A stretch of DNA of 64,000 nt from NCBI GenBank assembly GCA_038227875.1, contig JBBRPR010000013.1, forward strand, positions 122,365-186,364, in the 5' to 3' direction. This document shows positions 38,914 through 48,871 of the stretch, one piece after another. A program made the translations under genes and the position numbers. Position 1 is the first letter of the stretch. Every line of letters starts with the position of its first letter. The notes beneath the pieces were generated by a model. That model worked only from the letters and a program-made list of their open reading frames with translations. It was not told the DNA's origin and searched no databases. The stretch comes from Planctomycetota bacterium (GTDB lineage: Bacteria > Planctomycetota > SZUA-567 > H5-PLA8).

Positions 38914-40764
38914 TCATTTCTTCTCGGCTTTGCTCAACAAATACGTGATGCGCTCCTTTTGAAGTTTGGCGAACTCGGGGTTGCTCTGCTGCAGCGCTTT
39001 AAGTTTGACCACTGCTTCGGGCGCCGGCGCGTCCTTGATCGTCGCGGCGATCTCGTTGAGGTCGGTCTCGAACTTCAACATCGCGGTCAGTTGTGAATAC
39101 TGGTTGAACATCGCGACCAACTCGGCGGACGGTGCGTGCGTGCCGGCTTTTTTCATCAGCTGCGCAGCGGCGGGAATGTTGCCGAGCGCGATGTTAAGAA
39201 GTGCCTTGTCGAGTCGCCCGTCGGGGGTCGTGTCGTTGGCGGCCAGCGCTTTGACGAATAACTCGGGCGGAAGTGCGGAAAGTTCGACGGAGACTTCCAG
39301 ACCGCGATCCTTGACCCACGCCTTACCGCCTTCGATGCGCGTCACCTGGCCGGACATGTTCAGCCGCCCGGCGCTGGCTTGAACGGTCAGCGGCGTGGTG
39401 CTTTTGTTCACGGCGGCACTCGCCTTGTTGAAGACCGTCTGCGCGCCGGCGAGCACCCCCGTGAGCTGTTTGCCACTGGCGGTGGTGTCGGTCGCGGCGA
39501 GGCGCTGCGCGGTTTCCAGATCGTACTTGGAGAGCGGGACGAAGACGTTGTTGATGAACTGGAGCGTGGAGCGTTGCTGCGCGTCCATCAGGGGCGGAAA
39601 CGCGGGCTCGGCAGGCGCGGCGGGAGTAACCTTGGGCGGCGTCTTCGGTTCAACGCGTGCAAGCACCGGCGCAGCGAGTGGATTGCCGCGGATTTCCGCT
39701 CCGCCAACGATGATCTGTGGCGCACCGTAGTTGCCGGACGGATCGAGGTTGACGACGCGCAGTTCATTGCGGCCGGCCTGGAGAATTCCGGCCGGGACCG
39801 CGACAGTTTGGACGGTCCATTCCTTCTCTTTGCCAGTCTCCGCGCCCTGAAAAATCTCGTGTCCGTTGAGGCCCACGGAGTACGTACATGGCTCGGCATT
39901 TAAACGGATCGTGTTGAGCAACACGGTGGCGTTGCCGCTGGTCGGCAGCTTCAAATCGAAGCGCGCAGTGCTGGTGGCTTCGGGCGTTTTCTGGCCGTAG
40001 AGCGTCTTGCCATCGGTACCCTTCTTAAGGAGGTCCTTGAGCACGCGCCCGCCGTTGAAACCGTCGAGAGCGATTTTGGCGAGCACGACTTCGTTGGGAT
40101 TGGCCGGCGGCGCGACGACCGGGGAGACCGACGCAACTTCCTCGGGCGCCGGGGCATCGGGCCAGAGAATCAGCGGCCCGTAGAGCGCCTGCGCACGGCG
40201 GAGCAGCCAGCTGCGCTGCGCTTCCGGCGTCTCGTCGAGGTACTCGAGCGGAATCACGCAGACCGGTGCCCAGGGCTGGATGGGCGACTTGGAGTCGGCG
40301 AATTTTGGCGCGTCGATTTTCTTCGATGTATCGACCACGACTTCGGTGGAGGTGTCCGTGTCGGTCTTCGCTTTCCCAGTCGTACCCTTATGGGACGAGA
40401 AGAAAAAGATCGCGCCGGCGAGCACGGCCATGCCGCCCGCCGCGGCGAGGGCCATCAGTGGCGCCTTCGACGGTTTCGGCGCCGGGCGCTCGGCGTTGGG
40501 GGTGCGTTGCGCGGGAATCAGCGAGCGCGACGAGCGGCGATCGTTCTTGCGAACGGGAATGGTTTCGAGCAGGTCGCGAGAGGGGTCGAGCGGACGGAGG
40601 TCGGTTTCGGTCGGGGCGTCATGGACGCTGGCTGCGGGCGGCGTACAGGCTTTGCAGTAGACCTTGTTCTCTTCGGGCAGGACCAGCGCGGCGCCAGACA
40701 AGACGTCCGCCGGCGGCACGCGCGCTCCACAGGTCTGACAATAGAGGATATCTGTGAAGCTCAC
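38914..40764 (-). CDS. Membrane-anchored hypothetical protein: N-terminal Zn ribbon, TM, galactose-binding-like domain
   Basis: YCQTCG..YCKAC; TM; VPAGILQAGRNELRV; probable GTG start after AGAGG. Confidence 0.65.
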   Translation of the reverse strand: MSFTDILYCQTCGARVPPADVLSGAALVLPEENKVYCKACTPPAASVHDAPTETDLRPLDPSRDLLETIPVRKNDRRSSRSLIPAQRTPNAERPAPKPSKAPLMALAAAGGMAVLAGAIFFFSSHKGTTGKAKTDTDTSTEVVVDTSKKIDAPKFADSKSPIQPWAPVCVIPLEYLDETPEAQRSWLLRRAQALYGPLILWPDAPAPEEVASVSPVVAPPANPNEVVLAKIALDGFNGGRVLKDLLKKGTDGKTLYGQKTPEATSTARFDLKLPTSGNATVLLNTIRLNAEPCTYSVGLNGHEIFQGAETGKEKEWTVQTVAVPAGILQAGRNELRVVNLDPSGNYGAPQIIVGGAEIRGNPLAAPVLARVEPKTPPKVTPAAPAEPAFPPLMDAQQRSTLQFINNVFVPLSKYDLETAQRLAATDTTASGKQLTGVLAGAQTVFNKASAAVNKSTTPLTVQASAGRLNMSGQVTRIEGGKAWVKDRGLEVSVELSALPPELFVKALAANDTTPDGRLDKALLNIALGNIPAAAQLMKKAGTHAPSAELVAMFNQYSQLTAMLKFETDLNEIAATIKDAPAPEAVVKLKALQQSNPEFAKLQKERITYLLSKAEKK

Positions 40765-40806
40765 GCTGCGACCTCTGGGGTAGGGCAAGTAAGCTGTATC
40801 GTGAAA

Positions 40807-41160
40807 CTACTCGTGGCCTTCGCCGGTTGCTTCCGCTTTCTCGCCGTGGGACGGGGCCGGGTGATGTTCGCGCGCTTGCGCCAGCATGAAGCTCGAAGCG
40901 ATCACCATACATAACAGAAACGTCAAGGCCGTACCAAAGGCGACCAGCAGCAGCGGACTGACGGTCGGAAGGTTGCTCGGCGGCAGCGGCTGGCTGTTGT
41001 AATCGCCCCAGTGCTCCTCATGGTGGTCGCCGTGACCCCCGTGGCCGCCATGATCGTCGTGACCGCCGTGGCCGTGCTCGTCGTGTCCGTGAGCGGCGTG
41101 GCCGTGGTCATCGTGAGCGTGGCCGTGGTCGGCATGATCGTGGCTGCTATGGTCAGACAT
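40807..41160 (-). CDS. His-rich single-pass membrane protein
   Basis: DHGHAHDDHGHAAHGH.. tract followed by a hydrophobic helix; AGAGG-like RBS. Confidence 0.7.
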   Translation of the reverse strand: MSDHSSHDHADHGHAHDDHGHAAHGHDEHGHGGHDDHGGHGGHGDHHEEHWGDYNSQPLPPSNLPTVSPLLLVAFGTALTFLLCMVIASSFMLAQAREHHPAPSHGEKAEATGEGHE

Positions 41161-41210
41161 GTTCAAAGCTCCTCTACGGAAATCCTACCTCTTCAGGGCG
41201 TTTTGCAAGT

Positions 41211-41417
41211 CTACTTGAACTGCTTTCCCCGGTAACTGATGAACCAGAGGATCAGAGTGGCCACGGGCATGCCACCCACGGCAACGTAGAGTGAAGTCTG
41301 TTCGTCGATGTTCATGCCGAAGCGCATCAGCAGGTATCCGCCTGCAAAGAGCACCAGTAGCGTGAAAACTTTGTAGGCGAACGCGGCCATCTTCATCAAT
41401 TCATCATACGACCACAA
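41211..41417 (-). CDS. Small two-TM membrane protein
   Basis: Two hydrophobic segments; fills the gap in a co-oriented run. Confidence 0.6.
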   Translation of the reverse strand: MWSYDELMKMAAFAYKVFTLLVLFAGGYLLMRFGMNIDEQTSLYVAVGGMPVATLILWFISYRGKQFK

Positions 41418-41423
41418 CGAACC

Positions 41424-42161
41424 CTAAACCTTCTGTTCGTAGATTGCCACCCAGTGGACCGGGAACAGGAACGGCACACGCTTGAGCGAGCGCTCGACGA
41501 CGCCTTCTCCCAGCACGTCGCGCATACGTTTGCGTGAGAACTTGTGGAAGTGGTACTCGTGGTTGAAGACGCGCACTTCACCCGCCGGGCCGGATGGGCG
41601 GAGGAAGAGCTTGTCGAAGAAGAGCCAGTGGGCCATGCGCAGGCCCTTCTCAATCTGGTCCTCGTCGGAAACCGAGACGACGATCCGGCCGCCGGGTTTG
41701 ACGACGCGCTTGAGTTCCGCGGCGACGCGCTCGGGATGCTGGACGTGCGAGAACAGCGACGAGGCGATGACGCGGTCGAAGGAGGCGTTGGGAAACGGCA
41801 TTTTCTCCGCGTCGCCGAGCAGGACCTTGACGCCGGGGCCGAGCTTCTCCTGGGCGCGGGTGACCATGAAGCGGGAGAGGTCGATCCCGCAGCGCTGGTT
41901 GCCGGGGAGCTGGCTGAGAATGTTGCCGGTGCCGCAGCCGACATCAAGAATGGAGTGTTCAGGCCGGGCATCGATGGAGCGGATCACCGCGGAGGCGCGG
42001 CGGGCTTCGACCCAGCGGACAATGCCTTTGGGATGGTGGTGAAAGACGTCCGGATCGTACTTCCGGACCATCTGTTCGTTCCATTCGGAGAAGTGTTCCG
42101 GGGCGTGTTGCTCCGGGGGCTCGGTGGTGTTGGGGGTGCTCGGCGCTTGAATTTCAGGCAT
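41424..42161 (-). CDS. Class I SAM-dependent methyltransferase
   Basis: ILDVGCGTG, GDAEKMPFPNASFD, RVVKPGG. Confidence 0.9.
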   Translation of the reverse strand: MPEIQAPSTPNTTEPPEQHAPEHFSEWNEQMVRKYDPDVFHHHPKGIVRWVEARRASAVIRSIDARPEHSILDVGCGTGNILSQLPGNQRCGIDLSRFMVTRAQEKLGPGVKVLLGDAEKMPFPNASFDRVIASSLFSHVQHPERVAAELKRVVKPGGRIVVSVSDEDQIEKGLRMAHWLFFDKLFLRPSGPAGEVRVFNHEYHFHKFSRKRMRDVLGEGVVERSLKRVPFLFPVHWVAIYEQKV

Positions 42162-42318
42162 GGCGAACCTTCATCTGCTCATTTCGCTGCTGGAAAGGGT
42201 TGAAGAAGTTAGCGCGGAACCCCGATGTAGAAAAGTGAATCGGCATTATTTTGCACATAACTTACGTTGGATTGTCCGATTTTCAGGGCATAATAGCCGT
42301 AAGGCATGAGAGGGTGGA

Positions 42319-42963
42319 ATGATAATGGGGCCCAATCCGTTACTCGAAGCGCGCATGGAGTCGCTGCGGGAATCACTGGACGCGCTGTCGGCGGTGGTCG
42401 ACGAAAACCTGCGCGCGGTGTTGCGCCGGCTGACCTGTGACGAAGCCGTACCGGTCAAGGGCACGCTGCAGCCGATCGATGAACTCGCCCGCGTCACCCG
42501 CGAACGCTGTTTGCTCCTTGTGGCCCGCCAGCAGCCTCTGGCTCATGATTTGAAGTACGCCATGGGCGCACTGCGCGTCGGGCACGATTACGAACGCATT
42601 CAAGAGCTCGCCGAGTCGCTCAACAAACGCGTCGAACGCCTGCGCGGTACGCCGATTCAGAACGTGATTCAGGACATGACCGGCGTGATGGCCGATATTC
42701 TGGAATTGCACGAAGTCGTGCGCCGAACGTGGCAGCGCGAACGCGGGGACATCAGCCTGCCCAACTTGAAGCAGCAGGTGCAGCGCATGGTCGCCGAGAT
42801 CCAGACGGGCGTGTCGACCATCCAGACAGAGACCATCGACGCGATCTCGAAAGGCAACGGCTCGCCGGAATCGCTGGTGGAACTGGTGCTGGCCTGCCGG
42901 CACCTGAAGCGCATCGCGAATCTGATGGAAGCGGTGCCGGATGAGTTGCATTCGTTCGACTAG
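42319..42963 (+). CDS. PhoU-domain protein
   Basis: LVARQQPLAHDL, DYERI, RHLKRIA. Confidence 0.75.
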   Translation: MIMGPNPLLEARMESLRESLDALSAVVDENLRAVLRRLTCDEAVPVKGTLQPIDELARVTRERCLLLVARQQPLAHDLKYAMGALRVGHDYERIQELAESLNKRVERLRGTPIQNVIQDMTGVMADILELHEVVRRTWQRERGDISLPNLKQQVQRMVAEIQTGVSTIQTETIDAISKGNGSPESLVELVLACRHLKRIANLMEAVPDELHSFD

Positions 42964-43000
42964 TGGAATGTCGAATGTCGATTTTCGAATGTCGAATGAG

Positions 43001-43031
43001 AAACTAGCCGCTTTCAGCGGCTAGTTTTTTT
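43001..43031 (+). terminator. Rho-independent terminator
   Basis: AAACTAGCCGCT-TTC-AGCGGCTAGTTTTTTT. Confidence 0.85.
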
Positions 43032-43135
43032 ATTGGCTGGTTGTCATTCACATTCTTGACACGTAAGCGCGGACGCGACACACTTTGAGGCCGTCCCACC
43101 CCCACCCTTTTCAAACTCCTGGAGGAAGAGAACAG

Positions 43136-44239
43136 ATGGCAGACCCGATTCGGATCGGCGTGATTGGTGTTGGCATGATTGGCAAGCATCACTTGCATGA
43201 GTACGCCAAGATTCCCGATGCAAAAGTTGTCGCGGTGGCTGACGTGAACGAGGCGGAGGCGCAGCGCGTGGCCGGGGAATTCAAGATTCCCACGGCGTAC
43301 GGCGATTTCCGCAAGTTGCTGGCGTCGAAGGAAATCGACGCGGTCGATGTCTGTCTCCACAACAATCTGCACGCGCCAGTGACGATCGAAGCGCTGAACG
43401 CCGGCAAGAACGTGTACTGCGAAAAGCCGATGTCCGGCGCATACACGGATTCCAAGGCGATGTACGACGCGGCGAAGAAGACCGGCAAGCTCCTGCACAT
43501 TCAGCTTTCAACGCTCTATACGATTGAACACAAAACCGCCAAGCGGCTGATCACCGAAGGACACCTGGGCAACATTTACTACGGCCGCGCGTTTGGCTTC
43601 CGGCGGCGCGGACGGCCGTTTGTCGACGGGTACGGCACGCCGTCGTTTGTGCAGAAGCAGAATTCCGGCGGCGGGGCGCTCTTTGACATGGGCGTCTACC
43701 ACATCGCCGCGGCGCTGGATCTGCTCGGCAATCCGGCCGTGGAAACGATCTCCGGTTCGACGCACCAGGAACTGGCGATGTACGACGACCGGGCGAAGAG
43801 CTCCAACTACAACGTCGAGGAGATCGGATTGGGCTTCTGCCGCCTGGGCAAGGGCGTCACATTCGCGATCGAAGAGAGCTGGGCGGTGCACTACGACGGG
43901 TCGGAGTCGACGAAGATCCTGGGCTCGAAGGGCGGCATCAAGATGGATCCGTTTACGTATTTCTCGTCGGTGGGCGACGTTGAAAGCACCGCGACGATCG
44001 ATACCAAGTCGGCGCACAACCGCTGGAACAGCACGCAGCCGGAATTCAAATACTACGACGGTTCCCAGCAGCACTGGATCGCGGCGCAGCAGGGCAAGGT
44101 GCCGCTGATCGATACGGCGGGGATCGCGCTGAACGTGTCGTTGATCAGCGAAGGCATTTACCTCTCGCAACAGTTGAAGCGCGAACTGCGCGCGTCGGAA
44201 GTGGCGGAACTGTCGAAGTCGACGGCGTTGAAGATCTGA
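43136..44239 (+). CDS. Gfo/Idh/MocA family oxidoreductase
   Basis: GVIGVGMIG, YCEKPM, GGGALFDMGVY; GGAGG RBS. Confidence 0.92.
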   Translation: MADPIRIGVIGVGMIGKHHLHEYAKIPDAKVVAVADVNEAEAQRVAGEFKIPTAYGDFRKLLASKEIDAVDVCLHNNLHAPVTIEALNAGKNVYCEKPMSGAYTDSKAMYDAAKKTGKLLHIQLSTLYTIEHKTAKRLITEGHLGNIYYGRAFGFRRRGRPFVDGYGTPSFVQKQNSGGGALFDMGVYHIAAALDLLGNPAVETISGSTHQELAMYDDRAKSSNYNVEEIGLGFCRLGKGVTFAIEESWAVHYDGSESTKILGSKGGIKMDPFTYFSSVGDVESTATIDTKSAHNRWNSTQPEFKYYDGSQQHWIAAQQGKVPLIDTAGIALNVSLISEGIYLSQQLKRELRASEVAELSKSTALKI

Positions 44240-44241
44240 AC

Positions 44242-44448
44242 GTGACGGATGATCGCCTAGCTCGTGTGGCGCCGTTGAAATCCGAAGACGTGGAAGAACT
44301 TTTCGGAACGGACAAACCCAATCATGCTCAGGTTGAAAAAGGCCACGACCTCTTTGAATGGATCAACCGGGGCGAAGGGGTCTATCTCATCGTTTATAAG
44401 GACGCGAAACCGCACGAAATCTATTTCGCGGGATTCTCTTTCGATTGA
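44242..44448 (+). pseudogene. Probable C-terminal remnant of a hypothetical protein
   Basis: Protein-like 68-aa stretch (LFGTDKP..RGEGVYLIVY..PHEIYFAGFSFD) starting 2 nt after the upstream stop with no clear RBS. Confidence 0.45.
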
Positions 44449-44457
44449 TCTCATGCC

Positions 44458-44495
44458 GGCGGGACGACCGGACAACTGTCCGGTCGTCCCCCGCC
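44458..44495. repeat. GC-rich palindrome between convergent genes (REP- or terminator-like)
   Basis: GGCGGGACGACCGGACA-AC-TGTCCGGTCGTCCCCCGCC. Confidence 0.7.
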
Positions 44496-44504
44496 AGTCC
44501 TGCC

Positions 44505-45266
44505 TTATCCGTTAAGCGCTGAACTTACAATGGGTTTACCGATGATGGACGCCAGGTCCGGCACGGCGGGCTGTCCGCTTTTGTCCGCTTTTTTCTCAGG
44601 GCGCGGATAGCGGAAGGGCTGCACGGGCTGGACACTGGGAACTGTCTGGCCGTGTCCGGTTTTGTCCGCTTTTGGCGGTGTTGGGACGGGCGGTGTCCGG
44701 CCATGTCCGCTCTTGTCCGCTTTCGCGGCCTTTTCGGCGGCGATGTCCGCTCGAATTTTGGCGACAGCGGCTTCTTCCTGCGCTTTCATCATGTTGAGGA
44801 TGACTTCGGCCGGCGACGTCTGTTTCATGGCGTTGATGCGTTTCTCATACTCTTCGCGGTCGCGGTTGGCCTGCTCTTGTCGCTCGGCTTTCTTGTCCTG
44901 GAAGACGAATTCACGCCAGGCTTGGGCTTCCTCGGCGCGGCGTTCCAGGCGTTCTTCGTGCTGCAGGAGTTTGAGCGTCTGGATCACGAGGTAATCGGAG
45001 GCCTTGGGATCTTCCAGGATCGCACGGATACGGTTGCGGCCGAGCTTGCGCAGTTCGCGGTTTTCGCGGGCGATTTCGGCGGCTTCGTCCTGCTGGAGCT
45101 TGCGGGAGAGCGCGTGCTGTTTTTCGAGTTCGGTGATGAAATCATTGTTCTCAGCCCAGCGCCGGACGGTGCGCGGGCTGACGTTGAGTTCCTTCGCGAC
45201 CTGGACTTGCTTCATTCCAGAGACGAAGAGTTCGATGGCTTGTTCGTGGAGGGTTTCGAGCGGCAT
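44505..45266 (-). CDS. HTH protein (terminase small subunit-like N-terminus) with coiled coil and three KADK(S/T)G repeats
   Basis: AIELFVSGMKQVQVAKELNVSPRTVRRW. Confidence 0.7.
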   Translation of the reverse strand: MPLETLHEQAIELFVSGMKQVQVAKELNVSPRTVRRWAENNDFITELEKQHALSRKLQQDEAAEIARENRELRKLGRNRIRAILEDPKASDYLVIQTLKLLQHEERLERRAEEAQAWREFVFQDKKAERQEQANRDREEYEKRINAMKQTSPAEVILNMMKAQEEAAVAKIRADIAAEKAAKADKSGHGRTPPVPTPPKADKTGHGQTVPSVQPVQPFRYPRPEKKADKSGQPAVPDLASIIGKPIVSSALNG

Positions 45267-45467
45267 AACGGTTCACTTTCTACCCACGGAGGCACGTGGC
45301 CGTTCGACAAGCTCACGGCAAGCGCTTTGGCTTTTGAGTGACTCTGGTTGTGTGGGTGATGAAAGTTGGCGAGCGCCGGACCGCGTTTCAGCGATAAGGA
45401 CGGACGTTCGCAGGTGGGATAAGATTACCCTAAAGAAGGGCGCGCTGTCAAGAGGAAAGTTTTACGG

Positions 45468-45570
45468 AGTCATTGGTCATCGGGCATTGGTCATCGGTCA
45501 TTTTTCATTTACGGGAGCGCGCTGGTAACTGAAGCGCCAGTCTATCGCGCTCCGTAAATGACCAATGACC
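45468..45570. repeat. Inverted-repeat element with GGTCATT heptamer arms
   Basis: GTCATTGGTCAT..TCATTTACGGGAGCGCG / CGCGCTCCGTAAATGACCAATGACC. Confidence 0.7.
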
Positions 45571-45580
45571 CTTTTCCCGG

Positions 45581-46057
45581 TCAGTTACTTTTGGAGCGCT
45601 GTACTGGCTTTGAATCGGGCGTGGGTTCGAGCAGCTTGATTTTGAAATCTTGCGAACCGGGAGTTTTGGCGAGCTCGAGGCGCAGGCGCTTGAGCGGGAA
45701 ATCCGGGTTGCAGAGGGTGTAGTCGATTTCGTCGCCGCCGTCGCACAACTCCACGAAGCGGGCGCGCAGCGCGGTATAGCAACTGGCCGGCAAGTCCATT
45801 TGGATGGAGTCCACCGATCCGATGCGATAGGTAACTTGGACGATTGAGCGGTTGGGCGCCAAATAAATCGCTGACGCCCCTTGGAGAGACGCGTCTTCCA
45901 TGATTCGGTTGGCGAGTTTTTCGATGGGGAGCGAGTTGATGGTCTCGCGGAAGCGATGGCGTTTGTAGTACCAGATGCCGGCACCCACGGCACCGCCTGC
46001 AAGGAACATCAGGAGAATGGCAGTGCTGAGGTGAAACGTAAGCCATCGTCCCCTCAT
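45581..46057 (-). CDS. Membrane-anchored protein with a GspE/PilB N-domain-like segment
   Basis: TM FHLSTAILLMFLAGG; IEKLANRIMEDASLQGASAIYLAP..VTYRIGSV. Confidence 0.55.
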   Translation of the reverse strand: MRGRWLTFHLSTAILLMFLAGGAVGAGIWYYKRHRFRETINSLPIEKLANRIMEDASLQGASAIYLAPNRSIVQVTYRIGSVDSIQMDLPASCYTALRARFVELCDGGDEIDYTLCNPDFPLKRLRLELAKTPGSQDFKIKLLEPTPDSKPVQRSKSN

Positions 46058-46216
46058 TTGTGCGAGTCTTTTCGAGTAGCAGCGGCTCTGACATGGCTCC
46101 ATGGTAGCACGTTTCCAGGATTCCTGAGTCATGAACGTGTGCCACATTTGCTTTTGCTGGAATCACGTGATTGAGTGGGAAATCAGTCGCGTCTGGGCAT
46201 TGCGGAGCATTTGCAC

Positions 46217-46993
46217 ATGAATGAGATCGAGCGGTATTGTTTCGATACGCAGGGATTCCTGGTCATCGAAGATGTCTTGTCGCGCGACGAGGTGTCGGGG
46301 CTGATCTCTGGGTTGCCGCGCAACGCGGACAACTCCTACAGGCTCAGCAACGTTGATCTTATTGGCAATCCGATCAGCTATCCTGAACCGGGGTTTCGCG
46401 CGCTGATCAATCATCCCCGGATCGTTCCGTATCTGAAGGCGATCTACTGCCACGGGCGCGAGCCGTGGGATCAGCTGTTTTATCTCGACCACGATTACGG
46501 GATGGTTTTCAAGAAGGGGGACAAAGGGCCGCCGTTTCACAACGGAGGCACGCCGTACTCTCCCTGGTTAAGTTACACAGTCCGCGATGGGAAAATATTC
46601 TGCGCGCTGACCTGCATCGTCTGGGCCTTGACGGACGTAAATGTCGGAGACGGCGGCTTCTGGTGCATTCCCGGCAGCCACAAAGCCAATTTCGAATTGC
46701 CCGAAGCAGTCCGCACGTACCAGCAGATTCCTTCCTGCGTGTTGCAACCGCGACTGCGCGCGGGATCGGCCTTGTTGTTCACCGAGGCGCTCACGCATGG
46801 CACGCGGGATTGGGTGGCGGATCACGAACGCATCGCGCTGTTCTACAAATACAGCCCCGGTTATATGGGCCGGATGAAAGTGCGGCCGGCGAGCACGGTG
46901 GAGTTGCTCACGGTCGAACAGCGGAAGTACGTGTTGCTGGATGAGCAGCGCGTCGAGACGAGTTCGAATCTGGCTCCGGAAGCGAAGGCTTGA
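46217..46993 (+). CDS. Phytanoyl-CoA dioxygenase-family Fe(II)/2-oxoglutarate enzyme
   Basis: FDTQGFLVIEDVL, WALTD, GGFWCIPGSHK, LFTEALTHG. Confidence 0.88.
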   Translation: MNEIERYCFDTQGFLVIEDVLSRDEVSGLISGLPRNADNSYRLSNVDLIGNPISYPEPGFRALINHPRIVPYLKAIYCHGREPWDQLFYLDHDYGMVFKKGDKGPPFHNGGTPYSPWLSYTVRDGKIFCALTCIVWALTDVNVGDGGFWCIPGSHKANFELPEAVRTYQQIPSCVLQPRLRAGSALLFTEALTHGTRDWVADHERIALFYKYSPGYMGRMKVRPASTVELLTVEQRKYVLLDEQRVETSSNLAPEAKA

Positions 46994-47564
46994 TTCAGCG
47001 CTTTTGGGTTGAGGTTAAATAGAAAGCGCTTGTGGACGGGAGTCCACAAGCGCTGAGGCAGGAGTACGTCGGGGAGTAGGCTTCCACGCAGCGAAGGAAT
47101 CGCCTTGTCTTAGCCCGGGAGTACTGCGACTTTCGGTACAGCTACAACGTTTGAACTTCCAACTCTTTAAAACAAATGCGTGATCACATAGATCAACAGC
47201 AGAACGGTAACGGGAACTCCGAGCAGCCAAGCAATCATGTATCTCATGGTAGGTCTCCAGTTCAGTCAATGGGTATGTCTTAAACTTCGAAGCGATCTAC
47301 AACGAATTGAGTAGTGGCAAACGTCGTGCCGTTCGTAAAGGGCTGCACAGCAAGCGTTGCTTGATAGGTGCGTACTGATTTTCGACCCAAGGCTGATCAA
47401 TTATCGGTTACTCGATTTTTCCCAAAACCACTCACTTTCATCCACACCATAGGCATAAGCACCGAAATGGACTTCCATTTATGCACGGCACAAGGCTTGC
47501 CATGCATACCAGTGGAATATGTGTTCGCATGGGTCTTAACGAATTCAAATAAGGAGATTCAAAA

Positions 47565-47720
47565 ATGATTAGCACCGTCTTGATGGTCGTTCTCGTTCTT
47601 TTGCTTTTGGGCGCTCTTCCGACGTGGGGACACAGCCGCGATTGGGGCTATGGACCGAGCGGTGGATTGGGCCTGGTTCTGCTGGTGGTTCTGATTCTGT
47701 TCCTGACGGGCCGGCTGTAA
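47565..47720 (+). CDS. DUF3309-family small membrane protein (51 aa, below the ORF track cutoff)
   Basis: MISTVLMVVLVLLLLGALPTWGHSRDWGYGPSGGLGLVLLVVLILFLTGRL; AAGGAG RBS. Confidence 0.9.
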   Translation: MISTVLMVVLVLLLLGALPTWGHSRDWGYGPSGGLGLVLLVVLILFLTGRL

Positions 47721-47783
47721 ACGCCACGCCCCCTTCTCTCTTACAACGCATCAACATCTCTTTACTACGAAAGGAGTGCTAAC

Positions 47784-48782
47784 TTGTTTACCAAACGAAA
47801 TATGTGGGCTGCGGCCCTGACGTCTGGAGTGCTGGCGATGCCGGCATCGCAGCTGTTTGCCGCGGATAACACAGAGACACCGGTCGTCAACGTGGCGACG
47901 CAGCCGCGCTTCGATGGAAAGATCAACACTTGGGTAGAAGGCACCATCATTTCGATCGATGCCGCTGCCGGCAAGTTCGTGGCCCGCGGCGCCAAGCGTC
48001 CCTACGCCACGGCCTACGCAAAAATGATGAACGACGTGCTGGAAAAGACGCGCAACCTGACCGGCGCCGACAAGCAGGCCAAGGAAGCGGAAGTGCGCAC
48101 CGCCTGGCGTGACAAACTGGCCGCGGCGAATAAGGAGCCGTTCGACAAGAACAGCGACTTCACGTTCCGCATTCCGCCAGAGAATTCCATTGTCACGTCC
48201 TTTGATGAAAGCCGCTATTACGGCAAGGAATACGAGTACGCGCCGGTTCCCAACGCGCCGAAGGGTATGAGCGACAAAGAAGCGATCAATATGATCACGC
48301 TCAAGAATCTGCGCATCGGCGAGCATGTGGTTATCGGCTATGCGTCGGGCATGGTCCACAACGATGCGTATGTCGTATTCAAGGCCAACTACACTGAACT
48401 GCCGAACGGCGATGCGGAAAGCATCACCGGCCGCAGCGACCGCACAGATGTTGCGACCCCAGCCGCTCCCGCCACTGAGGTGCCGGCGAAGGCCGACAAC
48501 ACCAAGGTGAACGTCCGCGACCGCGACAAGGATGCCGTCACGGCCGATCAGCAGAAGCAGAATTCGCCCGACTTGCAAATCACACGCAACATCCGCCGCG
48601 CCGTGGTAAAGGACGATTCGCTTTCCACTTATGCGCACAACGTCAAGATCATCACGCAGGACGGAAACGTGACGTTGAAGGGCCCGGTGCGTTCCGTCAG
48701 CGAGAAGAACGAAATTGAACGAAAGGCCGTGGATGTGGCTGGCAAGGAACACGTCACCAACCAGATCGAAATTGCGCCCTAA
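47784..48782 (+). CDS. Secreted BON-domain (OsmY-like) protein with an extra N-terminal domain
   Basis: ADNTKVNVRDR, TADQQ, SLSTYAHNVKIIT..VTLKGPV; TTG start after AAGGAG. Confidence 0.85.
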   Translation: MFTKRNMWAAALTSGVLAMPASQLFAADNTETPVVNVATQPRFDGKINTWVEGTIISIDAAAGKFVARGAKRPYATAYAKMMNDVLEKTRNLTGADKQAKEAEVRTAWRDKLAAANKEPFDKNSDFTFRIPPENSIVTSFDESRYYGKEYEYAPVPNAPKGMSDKEAINMITLKNLRIGEHVVIGYASGMVHNDAYVVFKANYTELPNGDAESITGRSDRTDVATPAAPATEVPAKADNTKVNVRDRDKDAVTADQQKQNSPDLQITRNIRRAVVKDDSLSTYAHNVKIITQDGNVTLKGPVRSVSEKNEIERKAVDVAGKEHVTNQIEIAP

Positions 48783-48871
48783 TTACAAACCTGAAATTCC
48801 CGTGGTGGCGATTGGCGCCACCGCGGGAAAAAAATCGACTACAGACACCATCTGACTTAAGGAGTTTTAAC

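Noticed and set aside
44505..45266. Prophage suggested by the terminase-like HTH
   Set aside because: No large terminase, portal, capsid or integrase nearby.
47015..47269. 84-aa minus-strand ORF in the AT-rich stretch
   Set aside because: TTG start, in-frame stop shortly upstream, atypical codons, no motif.
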